Source: a virus (Duplodnaviria > Caudoviricetes). Taken from it: a DNA stretch of 42,111 nt. The position numbers and the translations under genes were made by a program. The stretch covers positions 1-42,111 of IMG/VR virus record IMGVR_UViG_3300032074_000012; one strand, written 5' to 3'. Below are positions 35,837 to 42,111 of the stretch, one piece after another (the stretch's first letter is position 1; the number at the start of each line of letters is the position of its first letter). The notes beneath the pieces were generated by a model. The model searched no databases. It saw nothing but the letters and a program-made list of their open reading frames with translations, and had not been told where the DNA came from.

Positions 35837-36502
35837 TTAGAGCCCATCGTCGACATCGACAACATGCTGGTGGCGGCCCATATCGCGGTTGACCATAGAT
35901 TGCTCGATCATGGAGACGATTTGGGCCTGGCGACGCTCTAGCTGCGACGTATCGGATTCTTCTTTAATCCGAGCCGCGATCACAGCTTGATTCACAACGA
36001 ATTCATCCCAACCCGGAGCAACCGAAACGTCTGTTGTGTCAGTATCGGCTACCATGGGCGCGAAGGAAGGCGCGTACCACATAGCGACGCCTACGCCCGG
36101 AGTGGACGGCACGGGAATGAGCCGAAGTTTATTGCCCATAATCATATAAGAGTAGGTTCCGCCGCATAAATCGGAGTAAGCGGTCGGTTGAAAGCCTCTG
36201 AACTCTTCCGGCATAATCCGATACATCGGCGTGTATGTGGACGGAGCGCCGCTTGTGGACAGGCTGAAGACCTTAAGAGACTTTAGGAAGTCCGCGGGCA
36301 AATCGTAGTCCATCTGGCCTGCGACAAGCGTAACGAGGTATTCCTTCCAAATGTAGAACTCGGCCGAGTTTACGAGCCAATTATGGAGATGGGCTGCTCC
36401 CTCGTTAATTAGCGAGTTTGCCTCATCAACAGAAATATAATTCTGTTGGCCCTCGTCGAAGCGATTATAGAACCGCGTCCGTAAATCAAGGAGAGTTGTC
36501 AT
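35837..36502 (-). CDS. Head-tail adaptor (P22 gp4/tail tubular A-like)
   Basis: TLLDLR...INEG...YDLPADF...LRLIPVPS...WY pattern. Confidence 0.78.
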   Translation of the reverse strand: MTTLLDLRTRFYNRFDEGQQNYISVDEANSLINEGAAHLHNWLVNSAEFYIWKEYLVTLVAGQMDYDLPADFLKSLKVFSLSTSGAPSTYTPMYRIMPEEFRGFQPTAYSDLCGGTYSYMIMGNKLRLIPVPSTPGVGVAMWYAPSFAPMVADTDTTDVSVAPGWDEFVVNQAVIAARIKEESDTSQLERRQAQIVSMIEQSMVNRDMGRHQHVVDVDDGL

Positions 36503-36711
36503 CCCCGAGCCATTTCTATGCAGGCTTTCAGTGCATCGGCAAACGCGGCAGTATCGCCCGTTTTCACAGCTTCCATGACCTCTTGAGCACCGGCTTCAAA
36601 AGACGGGTCCATCAAGTCTCCGCTGGCGTTCTCGCCTTCACCGGATTCGGTCGGTACGGAGGGTTTCTCCTTGGCGTTCTCTTTACCTAGGAGATTCATA
36701 AGAGCTTCCAT
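36499..36711 (-). CDS. Small acidic hypothetical virion protein
   Basis: ATGA overlap with the adaptor gene. Confidence 0.65.
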   Translation of the reverse strand: MEALMNLLGKENAKEKPSVPTESGEGENASGDLMDPSFEAGAQEVMEAVKTGDTAAFADALKACIEMARG

Positions 36712-36716
36712 GTGGG

Positions 36717-37271
36717 CTACTTTCTGTAAGCGGGAGCAAGAGCGTTAATCAGGGCTCGGTATTGCTGGCCGGTCAACATTTGAGCGCCAGCTTGCTGGGG
36801 AGCCCCTCTGTAACCGTTTGTGTAGCCTACCGTAGATCCGATGTCGGGCGCTTGGGTGCGGGGGATTAGGGGGTTTCTATCGATCTCCCCATATCGGTCC
36901 GCATACTCTTTGGCTAACTGTTCGTGGAGATAAAAGGACGCTTCGGTGGCAGCGTCGTCGTTTGCGAATTTCCCTAAATGCTGGCCTGTTTTGTAATACT
37001 GATCGATCGCCTCTTTATCGGTGCCGACCGTCCCATTATTCAAAATAGTGGGAACAAGTACGATCTGGCCGTCTTTGTCTTGAAACGACATAGACCGAAC
37101 GGTGCTGTAAGAGCCGTCCGGATTGTTGGTTTGGGGCCGAATCCGAGGATCAATGGTACCTGGCTCTGTTGCTCCCTGGAGCACAATTGGAGCTTTTGGC
37201 GTCGGTTGTGTCGCAGCCTGATATAAAGACGGAAGATAGCCAGGGAGTTCTTCTGAACGGTTCTCGGCCAC
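36717..37271 (-). CDS. Conserved phage domain protein (GxID..RP..N.DGS.STVRSMS)
   Basis: GGAGG SD, GTG start; motif recalled from phage virion proteins. Confidence 0.7.
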   Translation of the reverse strand: MAENRSEELPGYLPSLYQAATQPTPKAPIVLQGATEPGTIDPRIRPQTNNPDGSYSTVRSMSFQDKDGQIVLVPTILNNGTVGTDKEAIDQYYKTGQHLGKFANDDAATEASFYLHEQLAKEYADRYGEIDRNPLIPRTQAPDIGSTVGYTNGYRGAPQQAGAQMLTGQQYRALINALAPAYRK

Positions 37272-37283
37272 GAATCCCTCCAG

Positions 37284-37365
37284 ACTGACAAATGGGGGTT
37301 TCCTTTCGGATTCTTACCTAGGAAGGGAAGGGACAAGAAACCCTCCCCAGAGCCCCGTTTGTCAG
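37284..37365 (-). other. Long structured RNA element 3' of the capsid gene
   Basis: CTGACAAATGGGG pairs with CCCCGTTTGTCAG, with inner GGGTTTC/GAAACCC; no U-tail. Confidence 0.6.
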
Positions 37366-37371
37366 GTTTGA

Positions 37372-38667
37372 TTAGTAGCCGAAGCTACCGGTCAAGTTCA
37401 GGCCCGGCGCATCGCAGACCAAGTTATACCATGCGCGCCACCGAAGCTCGATGCCGTCGCTGGTCGCCTCGCGGCTGGCCGAAATGCCCGCTGCGTCATC
37501 CATGTGGGGCACGGCGTCCAAGGTGGGCATCCACCAAGTATCGCTCTGCAACATGTAAAAGCGCTGGGGATCAACCTGGGGATCACTCATGACCACCATG
37601 TCGCCCGATTGGCCACGAACGATCATTGCGCTCGTATCAAGGCCAGTCACGCCTTTGTCCGTCTGCATGTAGCGGACCTTCGCACCCAACTCTTGGCTGT
37701 AGTTTGAAAGGCTAATGGGGTTCATCAGAATAAGGTCGGGATTAGCGCCTTGGAGGCACATCTCAGCCGAGCAATTCTGAAGGGTCGCTTCCATCTTCTC
37801 GCCCACACCGGCCACATAGCGCGAACCGGACAGACGCTGCACATCCACGCTGCGATCGAAGCCCCAGAAGGATTCGCCGGGAACGGGATCAGTGATGGGG
37901 AGCCAGTTGCGAAGACCCGAAACGCCGCCATAAGGCGTGTTTGCGCCGAAACCCAAGCCCTCGCCGTTACGGAGCAAGTAGAACTTGTTGGTGGTGGTCA
38001 GACCGGTAACCGCCGAAAGGCTGGTGTCCAGGGTAAGCGTGGTCAGCTTGGCCGAAACCGAGCGAGCCAACACTTTGACAACCTGACCGCCATTCACCAG
38101 GGTAGGGGCCGTACCGTCCAGGGGATTCGTTGTAGAGATCTGAAGGAACATTCCAACAGAAAAACGAATACCGAGGGCGGGGGTGTCCAAGGTGATGGTG
38201 GTGGTGTTGAGGCTCGAGCCCGTGGTGAAGCTAGCAATAACGCCAGTACCGCTACCGTGCACCGCAATGTCGATACGGCGGCACATCTCATTCAAGATGC
38301 GGTCCGTCTCGTGGGTCTTCTTACGGAGCAAAGCGCCGTTGTCCGAACGGGAAGCGCGGATTGCCTCGTTCTGCAATGTAATGGCCTGATACTCGCGGCC
38401 ACGGTTGATAACGAAGCGAGCACCCTGGGAATGGCCAGCTTTCTGCGCAATGGCAGTAGCGATGGTAGCCGAACCGCCCTGGGGATCTTCGAAGAAAACG
38501 GTGTGATTGTAGGTATCGCCCTCAAACATGTCCTTCTTGGCCAATTTGGCGAAAAAAGGACGGTTTTTATAGGCAAGAACCTGAACGCGCTTGGGATTGT
38601 AGACGTGCTTATAAGCGGCAAAAAAGTCGCTGTCGAAGCCGCCGGAGCCATTGAAGCTAGTGGGCAT
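37372..38667 (-). CDS. Major capsid protein (HK97 fold, P22-like)
   Basis: 431 aa after the scaffold; typical size, position and MCP-like pattern. Confidence 0.85.
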   Translation of the reverse strand: MPTSFNGSGGFDSDFFAAYKHVYNPKRVQVLAYKNRPFFAKLAKKDMFEGDTYNHTVFFEDPQGGSATIATAIAQKAGHSQGARFVINRGREYQAITLQNEAIRASRSDNGALLRKKTHETDRILNEMCRRIDIAVHGSGTGVIASFTTGSSLNTTTITLDTPALGIRFSVGMFLQISTTNPLDGTAPTLVNGGQVVKVLARSVSAKLTTLTLDTSLSAVTGLTTTNKFYLLRNGEGLGFGANTPYGGVSGLRNWLPITDPVPGESFWGFDRSVDVQRLSGSRYVAGVGEKMEATLQNCSAEMCLQGANPDLILMNPISLSNYSQELGAKVRYMQTDKGVTGLDTSAMIVRGQSGDMVVMSDPQVDPQRFYMLQSDTWWMPTLDAVPHMDDAAGISASREATSDGIELRWRAWYNLVCDAPGLNLTGSFGY

Positions 38668-38693
38668 GTTTTTAATTCTCGGTAAAAGTTAAG

Positions 38694-39746
38694 TCATCGT
38701 CTGGCTCTTTTCTTTTTATCGAGAAAAGCCAGGGCTTCCTGTATCTCTCGTTCACCATCGACAGAGGGCACGTACTCCTCAGTTCTGGCTACTCCAGGGG
38801 ATCTAACCTCAGATCCTATGGTCGAGAGCTTTCCCTTCGATTTACTGGGCGAAGGAGCCTGAGAGGGTGACTTAAACAAATCTTGAAAATACTTACGGAC
38901 CTCCGGATTTTCCGCGAGCACCTTCAAGTTTTCCCGATACCTGCTTTCGACGGCTTCAATAGCATCTTCGATCCGGGGCATCTCCCCGGTCTCCGCGGCC
39001 ATTTTGTCCATCTGCTGCATGATTTGTTCGTCTGCACCGTTTATGTTAACAATCCTGTTACCATAGACATCAGACCTAATTTTATTCTGAACCTCCTGAC
39101 GGATCGCGTCAAGTTGCTGGTTAATATGTTGCTGCTCCATATGGGAGCGTTGGGCCCTTTGAGCCTCTTCTGCCGCTTTTTCCTGCTTCTCGCGCCATTG
39201 CTTAAGTTCTAGCAATTCCCGCCGTTCGGGCGTCATCCGCCCGCCATCCTCGGCTAATCCCTCTAGGAAGCTTTTTACATCCTTGTAGCCCATTGCCTCC
39301 AAAGCGGCGATTCTGTCCACTTTGGCGTTTTCGAGCACGGATTTGTACTGCTCGAGTTCCCGCTTCTCGGCTGCAAAAGCCTGCCGTTGGGCCTCAAAGT
39401 CCCGCTGCATCCTGTGGAAGTTTGCCAAGGCAGAAGCCTTCGGTTTATCTTCCTCTCGGGCCGCTGGGGCCGGATCAGTCTTTGCGGGCTCATTCGGTCG
39501 TGAGTCCGTTTTCTCCTGATCTTCCGCAGTCCCAGCGGCTCCTTCATCCTCGTCAGATCCGCCAGAAACCTCCCGCATTGGGTCTTTCCCGGCTTCCCGC
39601 TGGGATTTTACCCATTCCATCGCTTCGCCAGCGGGATCGCTACCTGCCTCGTTATCCGGCTGGATGTCCGGGAGGTAAGCCTCCGGGCTGTCCTGTGATT
39701 CCGATACCTGGGGGGCCTGGCTGGGCTGGCTGTCCTGGAATTCCAT
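38694..39746 (-). CDS. Scaffolding protein
   Basis: Acidic disordered N-terminus, coiled coil and basic C-terminus; between portal and MCP. Confidence 0.8.
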   Translation of the reverse strand: MEFQDSQPSQAPQVSESQDSPEAYLPDIQPDNEAGSDPAGEAMEWVKSQREAGKDPMREVSGGSDEDEGAAGTAEDQEKTDSRPNEPAKTDPAPAAREEDKPKASALANFHRMQRDFEAQRQAFAAEKRELEQYKSVLENAKVDRIAALEAMGYKDVKSFLEGLAEDGGRMTPERRELLELKQWREKQEKAAEEAQRAQRSHMEQQHINQQLDAIRQEVQNKIRSDVYGNRIVNINGADEQIMQQMDKMAAETGEMPRIEDAIEAVESRYRENLKVLAENPEVRKYFQDLFKSPSQAPSPSKSKGKLSTIGSEVRSPGVARTEEYVPSVDGEREIQEALAFLDKKKRARR

Positions 39747-41547
39747 TCATTGCTCCGTTTGGTGCGGGTAGGGCTCCTGGGGGCATTTGCCCCGGAGCCA
39801 TTGGGGCTGGTGGCGGCGGGGGCGGATTGGCCTGCTGATACAAAATATCACATTGTGCGATATAGTCATCCAACAGAGCCAAAACGTCCTCGGGTACGTT
39901 GTCCTTGGTCAAAAGCATCTGAAGCTGCGCTTGAGCCCGCCGTTTGGAATAAACGGGATCTTGCACCTCGTCAGGCACCATTGGCCGGTTCTTCTTAATC
40001 ATCTGATAAAGCTGTTTATCGACAAGACGCTTCTGCGCGGTCTTTTCCTGGGTCACGGCGTCCACATCGGGCATACCGGCCAAAAGCTCCCACGCGTCGT
40101 TTGGATCGGAGAGCAAGCCGTTTTGCATCAAATCCTGCACAACGAGCCGTTTTCCCGTAGGCGTCGTAGGCAGCAAGGATGTCGGCTGAGGCGTCATAAC
40201 GAAGCGGCTGTCCTCTAGGTCACAATCCGCCCAATCTATCGTCTCAACGAATCCTCGGGCTCTACCGAAGGTTTTATAAGTGCCGTGCTCTTTGACGATC
40301 TCTCGGGCAACACGGACCAACTGTTTGCCACACGACACAAACAGACGTTGCCAGTTAACTCCGACCCAAGCGTGGGGCTGGTCTGCAATTTCCTGAGCCT
40401 CTCGCAAAGCGGGCCTTGAATCGAATCGTGACGGCATATCTCCGGATTGCATGGGATTTTGCCTAGCCTGCTCGTACATTCTTTCTCGAATGCGATCGGC
40501 CTGGGCATACAATTCCGGATTAACTGCCGGAGCCGCATCAATCTCAGGTTTAGGCCCAGAATATTTATAAACATTGCCGATAAGATTGTCGTACTCCGGA
40601 GAGACTTTTGATGAGCTAGACTGCCAAATGCGCGGAACGCTCATAAGATGCAAAGAGTGCTGAATTCTCTTCATCATCTTATTTAGCTCGAGTTGCAGCG
40701 GTTGCAGCTGTTCCATCAAACCTGTGGAATACGCGCCCATAAGAGCAGGAGACCAAGGTATGCGAGCAAAGGGGAAATCGGTGTAGCACCAAGGCTCATC
40801 AAGTAAAACAACGTTCCCGCAAGCAATAATGTGTCGCCCATCCTCTTCACCCTCATCCGACGCTAAATGCCAACCCTCGATCAAACGGACCACATCGGTG
40901 TCTGCGCCGGGAAACGCATAGTCGGGCTCGGTTGTGGGCAACTCGGCAATTTGGTCCGCTTTGTCCTTAAACATCATCATTGCCCAGCCGCGGGGAACAT
41001 ATCGCCTCTGATACATTTCCTGCGGAGCGCACGAAGCGGCGGCGGCATCGTCAATAAGTATCTCAAACGGCAAAGCGCGCTCAACAAACGCCCTTCCGTT
41101 CTTAGGATACCATTTGAGCCAACCGTCGCCGCTCACGCAACAATCACGGATCGACATCTCTGCCTTCAAATAAAGGTCAAGACGCTGGAATTCGCCCCAA
41201 CAGAACCTTTCCATGTCCTCTGCGTTCTGGTGGGCTGCAAAGTCCCCGTCCTCGACCTCAAATGAAACCTTCGTTTCGGCCTCAACGTGCTTAGAAACGA
41301 CGGTATCCACGATTGCCTGAGAACAATTCAAAATGGCGCGAGGCATAGCCGGAAGGTACGGATCTCCCCCGGATACGCTCATCGAAAGGCAATCCCGGTT
41401 TAGGTACATGCTCGAGAATCGGAGCAAGTCGCGCAAACGACCGCTTTGTGCCGCCTCGATGTCCTTAATGGTGCTGTCCATCTGATCGGCAGCCTCATCG
41501 CTGTCTTCGATCAAATACCAAGGATTGTAGCTCTTTCGCTCTGCCAT
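39652..41547 (-). CDS. Portal protein (P22-like)
   Basis: 631 aa; ILNCSQAIVD, GDGWLK, VRLIEGWH, FPFARI, QLELNK and a Pro/Gly/Gln tail. Confidence 0.88.
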   Translation of the reverse strand: MAERKSYNPWYLIEDSDEAADQMDSTIKDIEAAQSGRLRDLLRFSSMYLNRDCLSMSVSGGDPYLPAMPRAILNCSQAIVDTVVSKHVEAETKVSFEVEDGDFAAHQNAEDMERFCWGEFQRLDLYLKAEMSIRDCCVSGDGWLKWYPKNGRAFVERALPFEILIDDAAAASCAPQEMYQRRYVPRGWAMMMFKDKADQIAELPTTEPDYAFPGADTDVVRLIEGWHLASDEGEEDGRHIIACGNVVLLDEPWCYTDFPFARIPWSPALMGAYSTGLMEQLQPLQLELNKMMKRIQHSLHLMSVPRIWQSSSSKVSPEYDNLIGNVYKYSGPKPEIDAAPAVNPELYAQADRIRERMYEQARQNPMQSGDMPSRFDSRPALREAQEIADQPHAWVGVNWQRLFVSCGKQLVRVAREIVKEHGTYKTFGRARGFVETIDWADCDLEDSRFVMTPQPTSLLPTTPTGKRLVVQDLMQNGLLSDPNDAWELLAGMPDVDAVTQEKTAQKRLVDKQLYQMIKKNRPMVPDEVQDPVYSKRRAQAQLQMLLTKDNVPEDVLALLDDYIAQCDILYQQANPPPPPPAPMAPGQMPPGALPAPNGAMNGIPGQPAQPGPPGIGITGQPGGLPPGHPAG

Positions 41548-41557
41548 TTGTTAATCC

Positions 41558-42058
41558 TCAAATCCGGGGCATGGGCTCGTGATTGGCCCAACGGTCCTGT
41601 GCCTCTGCATACTCGTCGGGATTGTCCATGGGAGCAACTTTTGCAAGCTGGGCCACCTGGGCTTCCATATCCTCCTCCGTGTTGCGGAACTGGTATTCCC
41701 GGCCATTGGCCTCTGTCGCGCCGAATTCACGGCCTTTGGTCGAAACGGCCTGAAATGCGTCGGGAGGGAACACAACCTCGATTCCGTCCACCTTAATATG
41801 GACGGCGCCCATCTGAGCCAAAGTCTCAATCTTGGAAAAGCTGGCCTGCCAGGCGGCATTGGCCTTTTTCTCGCTGAGCTTCATTTTAGGAGCCTTGATG
41901 GCTTTCTCCTTTTTCACGGGCTTTACCCCGCCACCGGCCTGAGCCGCTTCAATATCGACTTTACGAGGGCGACCGCGCTTTTTAGGAGCATCAGTCGTCG
42001 CTGAGGGCTTTGCCGTAGGGGCCTTCTGTTTCGCGGTTTTGTCGGTTTTTGAGCGCAC
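41558..42058 (-). CDS. Basic AT-hook protein
   Basis: GAGG SD before GTG; PKKRGRPRK AT-hook; K/A/P-rich N-terminus and acidic C-terminus. Confidence 0.72.
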   Translation of the reverse strand: MRSKTDKTAKQKAPTAKPSATTDAPKKRGRPRKVDIEAAQAGGGVKPVKKEKAIKAPKMKLSEKKANAAWQASFSKIETLAQMGAVHIKVDGIEVVFPPDAFQAVSTKGREFGATEANGREYQFRNTEEDMEAQVAQLAKVAPMDNPDEYAEAQDRWANHEPMPRI

Positions 42059-42111
42059 GATTAATTGCCTCTCTTTCTTGGTTTTCCCACCAGACGGGAC
42101 TTTCCCGTTCT
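41992..42111. repeat. Direct terminal repeat, right copy
   Basis: Identical to 1-120. Confidence 0.95.

Noticed and set aside
37750-38685. 311-aa antisense ORF over the capsid gene (and similar shadows at 22624, 27692 and 31511)
   Set aside because: No motifs or SD; explained by codon bias of the real gene.

Overview
The window is most likely a complete, circularly permuted genome (about 41,991 bp) of a temperate podovirus-like tailed phage; bases 1-120 repeat exactly at 41992-42111. The minus strand carries a P22-like packaging and virion module: small terminase, GNAT, large terminase (missing from the ORF track because its stop codon crosses the window edge), portal, scaffold, capsid, adaptor/nozzle, ejection proteins and an amidase. 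It also carries an array of small genes, including an ArdA-like one, driven by 8 copies of a GCAACA-N15/16-CGAWAA promoter. The plus strand carries a sigma factor, a patatin phospholipase, a RecA-family helicase, two tyrosine recombinases with an attP-like site, an SNF2/Cas4-like/Sak4-like/SSB recombination module and a split family A DNA polymerase. The most striking candidate is an attP-adjacent lipoprotein (16827-17513) whose mature region follows the bacterial gasdermin motif order but lacks the autoinhibitory tail and has no protease partner. All family assignments come from motif recognition by eye, not database searches.
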